32,000 bases of DNA, taken from NCBI RefSeq assembly GCF_000039765.1, contig NC_004459.3, forward strand, positions 930,001 to 962,000, in the 5' to 3' direction. Positions 24,480 to 31,662 of this stretch are shown piece by piece (position 1 is the stretch's first letter; every line of letters starts with the position of its first letter). This DNA is from Vibrio vulnificus CMCP6. GTDB taxonomy: Bacteria > Pseudomonadota > Gammaproteobacteria > Enterobacterales > Vibrionaceae. Under the pieces are notes generated by a model that saw only the letters and a list, made by a program, of their open reading frames with translations, was not told where the DNA came from and did not search any database. The translations under genes and the position numbers were made by a program.

Positions 24480-24945
24480 AAATGTGCGCTGGATCCGTTG
24501 TTGGTGCTGGGGAAAAAGTTACTATGAATACGTCGGAAGGATGCTGACACGGAACAGGAAATGACTACGGATTAGGTCATCTTCAGGAAGGAGATACGGT
24601 TATTCAGGATGAATAGTCGGCATGGAAAGCAAATTGGACATTGAACGGACGCAATAGTAACTAGGATGGTTACTACTAAGGAAGGCAATGGACACCTCTG
24701 GATGAGGCAAGGACTGAACATCAGGAAGATGTCAGGGACACCGCTCAGGGAACAAGTGATGTGAGCCAACGAGGATTGTTGGTAGACCAGGATAGGTCAA
24801 GGACACCGCTAGGAAGGCGACGAAAGGATTAAGCTGACGGATTCAGCATACTATCAAGGATTTGATGCAGGGAGCACTTTAGTAGCTGGATTGCTGCAAG
24901 TAAGACCATAACCCCGAAGGGCGTAAGCCCTCGGGGTTTTTCTTT
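24480..24945 (+). ncRNA. csrB: CsrB/RsmB-family CsrA-sequestering sRNA (5' end approximate)
   Basis: I counted about 30 GGA triplets by eye between 24491 and 24900. Many sit in the loops of short hairpins, for example TATTC-AGGAT-GAATA, AGTAAC-TAGGATG-GTTACT, ACATC-AGGAA-GATGT and GACC-AGGATA-GGTC. The element ends in a strong terminator (CCCCGAAGGGC-GTAA-GCCCTCGGGG + TTTTTCTTT, 24910-24945). It has no credible ORF. Confidence 0.85.
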
Positions 24946-24974
24946 GCTTGCTATTTGTCCCCGCTCACTGAGAC

Positions 24975-25003
24975 ATAAAAAACGGCGCCTTCAGCGCCGT
25001 TTG
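24975..25003 (-). terminator. Rho-independent terminator downstream of uvrD
   Basis: Stem AACGGCGC / GCGCCGTT with a 5-nt loop, followed on the minus strand by TTTTTATG. Confidence 0.8.
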
Positions 25004-25029
25004 CAGATCGAAGATCGATCGATAAACCA

Positions 25030-27204
25030 TCACAGTTTTTCCAGCCTCGCGTAAGCGGTCACTAGCCACTTGATTCCTTCCCCATTGAAGGCCACTTGAA
25101 CTCGACTTTGTGGCCCACTGCCTTCAAAGTTGATGATCGTCCCTTCACCAAACTTTGGGTGACGCACACGAGAGCCGAGCGAAAAGCCCGTTTCATTGAA
25201 GCTCTCTTTGACCACAGTTTGGCTAAAGCGACCACTGCTGGCAGGACGGCTGACTTGCGCTTTCATGCGCACTTCATCCAAGCAGCTTTCCGGCAGCTCT
25301 CGGATAAAACGTGATGGTTTATGATATTTGTCTTGCCCGTACAAACGACGCATTTCAGCGTAGGTAATATAGAGCTTCTGCATTGCCCGAGTCATGCCCA
25401 CGTAGCACAAACGGCGCTCTTCTTCTAAGCGGCCCGCTTCTTCGGCGGACATCTGGCTCGGGAACATGCCTTCTTCCACGCCCACCATAAACACCAATGG
25501 GAACTCCAATCCTTTGGCGCTGTGTAAGGTCATCAGTTGTACCGCATCTTCGAAATCGTCCGCTTGACCTTCACCCGCCTCCAAAGCGGCATGGGTTAAG
25601 AAAGCAGTGAGCAAACTCATCTCTTCGGCTTCTTCCGGTTTTTCAAACTGACGTGTCGCCGTGACCAACTCTTCCAAGTTCTCAATGCGAGCCTTGGACT
25701 TCTCGCCTTTCTCTTGCTCATACATGGTGTACAAGCCTGAGGATTTGATCACATGGTCGGTTTGAATGTGCAGTGGCATTTCAAAGCTGTCGTCTTCCAG
25801 CGCCGTGATCAGCTCGATAAAGCGACTTAACGCACCAGCAGCACGCCCCGTTAACACTTTTTCTTCGATCAAAGCGATACTGGCTTCCCACAAGGTGCAG
25901 CCACGATCGCGCGCGGCAAAACGCACCGTTTCCAAGGTTTTGTCCCCTAAGCCACGCGTTGGAGTATTAACCACACGTTCAAAGGCCGCGTCGTCATTGC
26001 GGTTGGCGATGAGGCGCAGATAGCTCAATGCATCTTTGATCTCTTGGCGCTCGAAGAATCGCATCCCGCCGTAAATGCGATAAGGCAAACCCGCTTGAAT
26101 CAACGCTTCTTCCAGTACACGCGACTGGGCGTTATTGCGATAAAGCATCGCTGCGTCGTTCAACACGCCGCCTTTGTCCTGCCACTCTTTGATTTTGTTC
26201 ACCGCAAAACGCGCTTCATCCAATTCGTTGTAAGCAGAATAAATCGAGATCGGTTCACCTTCGACGCCATCGGTCCACAGCTCTTTGCCCATACGCTCGG
26301 TATTGTTGGCAATCAAGGCGTTTGAGGCTTCTAGGATGGTTTTGGTCGAACGGTAGTTTTGCTCGAGGCGAATGGTGTTGACGCTCGGAAACTCAAGGGT
26401 GAACTTTTCGATGTTTTCCACTTTCGCGCCACGCCAACCGTAAATCGACTGGTCATCATCACCGACGATCATCACATGGCATTCAGGCCCCGCCATCATA
26501 CGCAGCCAAGCGTATTGAATGTTGTTGGTGTCTTGGAACTCGTCCACCAAGATGTGTTTAAAGCGCGCTTGATAGTGTTCGCGGATAAATTTGTTCTCAC
26601 GCAGTAGCTCATGCGCACGCAGCAAGATCTCCGCAAAGTCGACCAAGCCTGCGCGATCACACGCTTCTTGATAGGCGGTGTACAACTGTAGGTAGGTTTT
26701 GGTCACGGGATCGTGGTAGGCATCGATGTGCGCAGGGCGTAATCCTTCGTCTTTTTTGCCATTGATCCACCAAGCGACTTGGCGCGCTGGCCACTGTTTG
26801 TCATCCAGGTTTTGCGCTTTGATCAGTCGCTTAAGCAAACGTTGTTGGTCGTCGCTATCAATAATTTGGAAATCTTCCGGCAGCTTGGCATCCAGATAGT
26901 GCGCTCTGAGAATTCGGTGGCAAATACCGTGGAAGGTGCCATTCCACATGCCCGACGCACTGCCCATCATCAACTCTTCGATTCGACCACGCATCTCCGC
27001 CGCCGCCTTATTGGTAAAGGTCACAGACATAATAGAAAACGGAGAAGCCTGCTCGACTGACATTAGCCAAGCAATGCGATGCACAAGAACGCGCGTTTTA
27101 CCACTGCCTGCGCCTGCCAACACCAGCAAGTTTTCCAAAGGTGCAGCAACAGCCTCACGCTGTTTGTCGTTCAAGCCATCGAGAAGAAGTGAAGGATCGA
27201 TCAT
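25030..27204 (-). CDS. uvrD: DNA helicase II UvrD
   Basis: The 724-aa product is collinear with E. coli UvrD (LNDKQREAVAAP..NLLVLAGAGSGKTRVLVHRIAWLM, ILVDEFQDTN, VGDDDQSIYGWRGA, LEQNYRST, the QLMTLHSAKGLEF region). Confidence 0.97.
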   Translation of the reverse strand: MIDPSLLLDGLNDKQREAVAAPLENLLVLAGAGSGKTRVLVHRIAWLMSVEQASPFSIMSVTFTNKAAAEMRGRIEELMMGSASGMWNGTFHGICHRILRAHYLDAKLPEDFQIIDSDDQQRLLKRLIKAQNLDDKQWPARQVAWWINGKKDEGLRPAHIDAYHDPVTKTYLQLYTAYQEACDRAGLVDFAEILLRAHELLRENKFIREHYQARFKHILVDEFQDTNNIQYAWLRMMAGPECHVMIVGDDDQSIYGWRGAKVENIEKFTLEFPSVNTIRLEQNYRSTKTILEASNALIANNTERMGKELWTDGVEGEPISIYSAYNELDEARFAVNKIKEWQDKGGVLNDAAMLYRNNAQSRVLEEALIQAGLPYRIYGGMRFFERQEIKDALSYLRLIANRNDDAAFERVVNTPTRGLGDKTLETVRFAARDRGCTLWEASIALIEEKVLTGRAAGALSRFIELITALEDDSFEMPLHIQTDHVIKSSGLYTMYEQEKGEKSKARIENLEELVTATRQFEKPEEAEEMSLLTAFLTHAALEAGEGQADDFEDAVQLMTLHSAKGLEFPLVFMVGVEEGMFPSQMSAEEAGRLEEERRLCYVGMTRAMQKLYITYAEMRRLYGQDKYHKPSRFIRELPESCLDEVRMKAQVSRPASSGRFSQTVVKESFNETGFSLGSRVRHPKFGEGTIINFEGSGPQSRVQVAFNGEGIKWLVTAYARLEKL

Positions 27205-27214
27205 GATAAGAAGC

Positions 27215-27234
27215 TACTGGTTATTTATACAGAA
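27215..27234 (-). promoter_or_regulatory. LexA (SOS) box in the uvrD promoter region
   Basis: The minus strand reads CTGTATAAATAACCAG (CTG-N10-CAG, AT-rich centre). It lies immediately downstream of a TATAAT hexamer (27241-27246 on the minus strand) and 13-28 nt upstream of the uvrD ATG. E. coli uvrD is a known SOS gene. Confidence 0.7.
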
Positions 27235-27469
27235 ACAAGGATTATAACCTAAACCGTGCTCGCTTTTCAGACTAAATTGCAATTTAAGAAAAAGGCATCA
27301 ACCAGTTACAAATCATAGAGATAGTTACAGGCGTGATGAATTTATAAAAAATAATCGCCATTTTTTTGAAAGTTTTTCCCGCAACTTGCTGTCCTTTTAA
27401 CCAAGCAAGTGAGTCCACTCGGACGCACGAGCTCAATAAGTAAAGGAAAATCAGTCTGAGGAAAGAACC

Positions 27470-27730
27470 ATGAAAAAATCAAATCTTGCTGTTACTGCTG
27501 TTGTTACCGGTTTAATCGCAATGGGTGGCACTATGCTGACTGCAGCGCCTGCTATGGCGGCAGAAAAAGAGAAATGCTATGGCGTAGCCAAAGCGGGCAA
27601 AAATGACTGCGCCACCAAAACCAGCTCTTGCGCTGGTACGGCAAAAGAAGACAACCAAAAAGACGCTTTCGTGGTTGTTCCTAAAGGCTTATGCGGCAAA
27701 TTGGCCGGTGGTAACACACAATCTTCTTAA
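27470..27730 (+). CDS. DUF2282-type Cys-rich exported peptide; putative RiPP precursor (BufA/GigA-like)
   Basis: SD GAGGAAAG. The Sec signal peptide is [30 protein letters not shown]|AEKEK. The 56-aa mature part carries four Cys in the family pattern [15 protein letters not shown]-x5-SCAGT-x17-PKGLCGK. Confidence 0.85.
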   Translation: MKKSNLAVTAVVTGLIAMGGTMLTAAPAMAAEKEKCYGVAKAGKNDCATKTSSCAGTAKEDNQKDAFVVVPKGLCGKLAGGNTQSS

Positions 27731-27847
27731 GCCCCTTATTGAGGTGAACACCACCGCAAAACAGCAGGAGCACAGAGGCTCAACCGTGCTCCTCCTTTCT
27801 CACCTCATGTCACACCGTCCGCAAATTTTGCCGCAGGGAGTCTAACG

Positions 27848-28723
27848 ATGTCGAACACTGAGTTTCATCCCCATATTGGTGTTGGGCTTAGACTGCCCCA
27901 TCACGATCATTTTCATCACCATCGACCAGCGTTGTCTTGGTTGGAGATTCACAGCGAAAATTACTTCCAACCCAATTCTTTCCACCGCCAGCAACTCAAC
28001 CAAATGGCGGAGCATTACCAAATCAGTTGCCACGGGATTGGTTTGTCGCTCGGTTCTGTGGCTGGGGTTAATCCACAACATTTATTACGCTTAAAACAGT
28101 TGGTTGATGACTTACAACCATTTTTGGTTTCGGATCATCTCAGCTGGAGCGAAAACGGTGGCCACTACTTTAATGATTTGCTGCCTTTGCCCTACACAGA
28201 GGAAGCACTCGAGGTTTTTTGCCGTAACGTGCTGCATGTACAAGACGCACTAAAACGGCCGATCTTGATCGAGAATCCTTCCAGCTATCTCAAGTACCAA
28301 CATTCCACCATCAGTGAATGGCAGTTTTTGACTGAGGTGCAGCGTCGTACCGACTGCCGCTTGTTGCTCGATCTGAACAATGTCTATGTTTCTGCGTTTA
28401 ACCATGGTTTTGATTGCCAAACCTACCTTGAGGCGATACCAGCAGCGTGCGTTGACGAAATTCACCTTGCCGGCTTCACTATTAAATCGTTAGAGCAAGG
28501 AGAGATCTGGATTGATACCCATAGCCAGCCGGTGTCTGCCGAAGTTTGGCAATTGTATCAGCAGTGGATTGCCCAGCACGGCAGCCGACACACCTTGATT
28601 GAGTGGGATTTGGATTTGCCCCCCGTCGATGTGCTGCTCAACGAAGCAAAAAAAGCCGACACTCTGTTGCGAGCGTCTCTGCTTCATACCAACCCAATGC
28701 ACCCTTCACTAGCGTTAGGTTAA
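27848..28723 (+). CDS. DUF692 / MNIO-family (MbnB-like) multinuclear non-heme iron enzyme; putative precursor-modifying oxidase (BufB/GigB-like)
   Basis: SD GGGAG. The 291-aa protein has TIM-barrel family motifs GVGLR, WLEIHSENYF, VSDHLSW, ILIENPSSY, LLLDLNNVYVSA, DEIHLAGF and LIEWD. Confidence 0.85.
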   Translation: MSNTEFHPHIGVGLRLPHHDHFHHHRPALSWLEIHSENYFQPNSFHRQQLNQMAEHYQISCHGIGLSLGSVAGVNPQHLLRLKQLVDDLQPFLVSDHLSWSENGGHYFNDLLPLPYTEEALEVFCRNVLHVQDALKRPILIENPSSYLKYQHSTISEWQFLTEVQRRTDCRLLLDLNNVYVSAFNHGFDCQTYLEAIPAACVDEIHLAGFTIKSLEQGEIWIDTHSQPVSAEVWQLYQQWIAQHGSRHTLIEWDLDLPPVDVLLNEAKKADTLLRASLLHTNPMHPSLALG

Positions 28724-28734
28724 CAGGAGGCCAA

Positions 28735-29508
28735 ATGCAACTCGCCGAATTTCAACACCAGTTTCGCCAAGCACTACATTATCAAGCCAGTGGTGAATCC
28801 TGCGGCATTGTTAGTGACCAATTCAGTGCCGAGCAGCGGATACAAATTTACCGCAATAACTTTGTCATGAGTCTCAATGAAGTGTTAGCACTTACTTACC
28901 CCAAGACCTTAGCGTTGTTGGGAGAAGAATGCTTCGAGCAAATGGCGCGCCAACACGTACTCTCTGTGCCATTACACACTGGGGATGTGTCGCAATACGG
29001 GCGTGGATTTGCCAAGACGTTGGAACGTTTCCCCAACGTGAGCCAAGCGGTACCCTACTGTGTTGAGTTTGCGCGCTTGGAAGATCAACTCGATGAAAGC
29101 CAACAGCAACAAAATGAATTCCAGATACCGCGATATTGGCAATCCCTAGAGCAACTTTCACAACTCGAACCAGCACAGCATCAGGCGTTGGTGCTGCACC
29201 TTTTTCCCGGTTGCACGGCTTTTCGTTCCCACTACGCCGTTTTTTCACTCTTTACGGCGATTGAAACACAACAATTCGATCAACTTGAGATTGCGCAAAG
29301 CGAGCAAGGGATATTGCTCTGCCATCAAGCAACACCGCCGCGCTGCATAACGATGACGCCCGCACAATACGAGTTGGTCTGTTTGCTTGAACAACCACTT
29401 CCCCTCGCACAGATACCCGCACCTTTGCTTGCTGAACTGGCTTTTCTGTTCGAACTGGGTATTTTCGCGGGTTTTTCTCTCGCACCACAAGGAGGCTCCG
29501 ATGCGTGA
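28735..29508 (+). CDS. DUF2063-family protein; putative MNIO partner / precursor-recognition subunit (BufC/GigC-like)
   Basis: The ATG at 28735 is preceded by AGGAGG and lies 11 nt after the DUF692 stop. The N-terminal pattern is FQ..F..AL...., R.QIYRNNF...L.E.L...YP....L.G...F..... . The DUF692-DUF2063 pairing is conserved. The track's longer ORF (28603) overlaps the DUF692 gene out of frame and is rejected. Confidence 0.78.
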   Translation: MQLAEFQHQFRQALHYQASGESCGIVSDQFSAEQRIQIYRNNFVMSLNEVLALTYPKTLALLGEECFEQMARQHVLSVPLHTGDVSQYGRGFAKTLERFPNVSQAVPYCVEFARLEDQLDESQQQQNEFQIPRYWQSLEQLSQLEPAQHQALVLHLFPGCTAFRSHYAVFSLFTAIETQQFDQLEIAQSEQGILLCHQATPPRCITMTPAQYELVCLLEQPLPLAQIPAPLLAELAFLFELGIFAGFSLAPQGGSDA

Positions 29509-29947
29509 ATGGCTGAATCGTTATGACACTACCGTTACCCACTTACAATCTTGGGTGGTGCCCGGAGTATTACTATTTTGTCGCCTTTGGGTGGCGTGGG
29601 TTTTCTTCAATGCTGGATTAAGCAAAATCACCTCATGGGATAGCACTCTCTATCTGTTCGAGTTGGAATATCAGGTGCCTATTTTACCCTGGGAGTTGGC
29701 CGCTTATCTCGCCACGGCGGCCGAGCTTAGCTTACCGATCTTACTCGCCCTCGGCGTGTTCACCCGCATCACCAGCCTAGTGCTATTTGCCTTTAACGCG
29801 ATGGCCGTGATCTCCTACCCGCTTTTGTGGGAGAAAGGGTTTTACGATCATCAACTATGGGGGCTGATGCTGCTGATGACGTTTCTTTGGGGCGCGGGGC
29901 GAATTTCGCTCGATCACTGTTTTCGCCAAGAAATAGAGAAACGCTAG
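29501..29947 (+). CDS. DoxX-family integral membrane protein (BufD/GigD-like)
   Basis: The ATG at 29501 is preceded by AAGGAGG and overlaps the DUF2063 stop (ATGCGTGA). The 148-aa product has four hydrophobic segments, LLF.RLWVAWVFF.AGL.K and GRISLD typical of DoxX. Confidence 0.78.
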   Translation: MREWLNRYDTTVTHLQSWVVPGVLLFCRLWVAWVFFNAGLSKITSWDSTLYLFELEYQVPILPWELAAYLATAAELSLPILLALGVFTRITSLVLFAFNAMAVISYPLLWEKGFYDHQLWGLMLLMTFLWGAGRISLDHCFRQEIEKR

Positions 29948-29949
29948 AA

Positions 29950-29990
29950 AGAAAAATCCCCGCTCAAATTGGCGGGGATTCTTTTATTTG
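29950..29990. terminator. Bidirectional rho-independent terminator closing the DUF2282-DoxX operon and the convergent small gene
   Basis: Stem AATCCCCGC / GCGGGGATT. It is followed by CTTTTATTTG on the plus strand and TTTTTCTTTC on the minus strand. Confidence 0.85.
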
Positions 29991-30268
29991 TTCTGTAGAT
30001 AAGCAAGCAGCTCGTCAGCGGAAATACCTTGCTCGGCAAGCTCTTTCGCCATGGATTCAACCTGCTCTCCTTTCCGAGAATTGATAACCTGCTGAAACTG
30101 ATAAACGATATCTCTGAGAACATGCAGTGGCACCTGTTTTGCTGCACTGCGAATACGCTCTTCACTTTGATTGCCCAGTTCAACGAGCAACTTGCCGAAC
30201 ATAATTTTCTCTGGTGACTCTTCCATTTGTTCAAGGATTCGAGCCATTTCATATGTGGTTAACGACAT
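29984..30268 (-). CDS. Small helical acidic protein (94 aa) with weak resemblance to the H-NS oligomerisation region and no DNA-binding domain
   Basis: The ORF has a candidate promoter (minus strand TTTACT-16 nt-TATATT, 30323-30350). The segments LHVLRDIVYQFQQVINSRKGEQ and LAEQGISADELLAYL resemble E. coli H-NS [22 protein letters not shown] and LIADGIDPNELLNSL as recalled. Confidence 0.55.
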   Translation of the reverse strand: MSLTTYEMARILEQMEESPEKIMFGKLLVELGNQSEERIRSAAKQVPLHVLRDIVYQFQQVINSRKGEQVESMAKELAEQGISADELLAYLQNK

Positions 30269-30362
30269 TACCTATCAATTCCGTTAAGTGTCGAATGGTG
30301 GAGTGAGCGACAAATATACACGGCTTCGCCATACAGTAAAACTCTAAATTGGCGTTGCGTGG

Positions 30363-31556
30363 TTAAGCCACCACGCCTTTGCTGTGCCACTGGCGGCCCA
30401 ATTTTGAAAACAGAATCCCTAATGCCGGAACCAGCAGCCACATTTGAATCGCAATCATCAGTTGAGGTTCTAACGCAAAACGCTGCATGGTGCCCACTAA
30501 CAGACCCGCACCACTCATTTGGAATAAGCCCAGCAGTGCGGCAGCCGTGCCGGCTTTATCGCCAAATGGCTCTAACGCTTTACCTGCGGCGGCACCAAGA
30601 ATCCAAGCAAAGCCGACGGATGACAGGAAGATAGGCAACATAAAGGCAAATGGCGTCGCGGTTTCTGCCATCACCAACATGACTACGCCAGCGATCGCCA
30701 GAGTCACCACGCCCACCACCAGTGTATTGTGAGTACCCCATTTATCCATGAACTTAGGTGCCAGCATACAAGCCGCGATATTGATCGCCGCGTTGACACC
30801 AAACCAGAAAGTAAATTGGTTCATGGTTAGGCCAAGCCCTTCCATCAACACCACAGGTGCTGAGGTTACGTAAGCGAGGATCACCGCCATCGCCAGCAAA
30901 CACAGCGTGGCATGGAAAACAAAAGAAGGGGTACTCAACACGGCCCAGTAGCGGCTGAGTTTAAACACCGCTTGTTTTTCCGTCGCCGGGTTGCTCTCGC
31001 GCATGTTAAACAGCATCAGCGTGCCAACGACAACGGCAAAGCCCGCCATAAAACTGAAGTTAGCGCGCCAGCCAAACTGCTGGGTTAGCCAGCTACCCAG
31101 AATGGGGGCAAGCGCCGGAATGAAACAAATGGCCCCGTTAAGATAGCTGATCATTTTGCCACTTTTCTCTGGGCCGAAAATATCGCGAACTGTCGCAAAG
31201 GCTGCTACCGATGTTGCACACGCACCTAAGCCTTGTAGCAGACGGGATACCAACAACCATTCAATATTCTGCGCGCTCCACGCCAATAAAGCGCTCAGTG
31301 CATAGATGGTGATACCGCCCAATGCAACAGTTCGACGTCCGAGTTTATCTGCTAACGGACCGGCAAACAGTTGACCGACGCCCATCGCAAATAGGAACCA
31401 AGTAATCGTGTCTTGTGCTAATGCGTGTTCAACCGAAAAGGTATTGGAAATAAGTGGCAACGCGGGAAGATAAATATCAATTGCCAACGGGCTGAACAAC
31501 ACAAGCAAGGTTAACAACGCCATTTGTAATTTACTGGTTTGGCTCTGACCTGACAC
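30363..31556 (-). CDS. MFS drug/H+ antiporter, Bcr/CflA subfamily
   Basis: The 12-TM pattern with SPLAIDIYLPALP..S, G.LADK.GRR and LQG.GA motifs resembles E. coli Bcr. I prefer the GTG at 31556 (GGAG 6 nt upstream, 397 aa, similar to 396-aa Bcr). The track start at 31748 would run through the divergent LysR gene start. Confidence 0.8.
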   Translation of the reverse strand: MSGQSQTSKLQMALLTLLVLFSPLAIDIYLPALPLISNTFSVEHALAQDTITWFLFAMGVGQLFAGPLADKLGRRTVALGGITIYALSALLAWSAQNIEWLLVSRLLQGLGACATSVAAFATVRDIFGPEKSGKMISYLNGAICFIPALAPILGSWLTQQFGWRANFSFMAGFAVVVGTLMLFNMRESNPATEKQAVFKLSRYWAVLSTPSFVFHATLCLLAMAVILAYVTSAPVVLMEGLGLTMNQFTFWFGVNAAINIAACMLAPKFMDKWGTHNTLVVGVVTLAIAGVVMLVMAETATPFAFMLPIFLSSVGFAWILGAAAGKALEPFGDKAGTAAALLGLFQMSGAGLLVGTMQRFALEPQLMIAIQMWLLVPALGILFSKLGRQWHSKGVVA

Positions 31557-31662
31557 AAAACACTCCAAATTGAACAAGAACTTTGATGAGAGTTTAACCG
31601 CCTCGTGATATGAACGGAAATGATGTATATTCATCGCTGATATTCTTATTGGGAAATTCAGA

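Noticed and set aside
24572-24769. 65-aa minus-strand ORF in the LysE-uvrD gap.
   Set aside because: It is antisense to the GGA-repeat sRNA. Its Ser/Pro/Leu/Ile-rich low-complexity translation is a by-product of the TCC repeats.
25006-25020. Cluster of three GATC sites in the palindromic run gatcgaagatcgatc, between the uvrD stop and its terminator.
   Set aside because: It is a short self-complementary low-complexity stretch. It has no flanking features suggesting a regulated Dam-methylation switch or an origin-like element.
30329-30352. TACTGTAT... on the minus strand upstream of the small H-NS-like gene, which resembles half of a LexA box.
   Set aside because: The second half-site is missing: CTG-N10 is followed by CCG, not CAG. 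The sequence is better explained as the spacer of a TTTACT-16-TATATT promoter.
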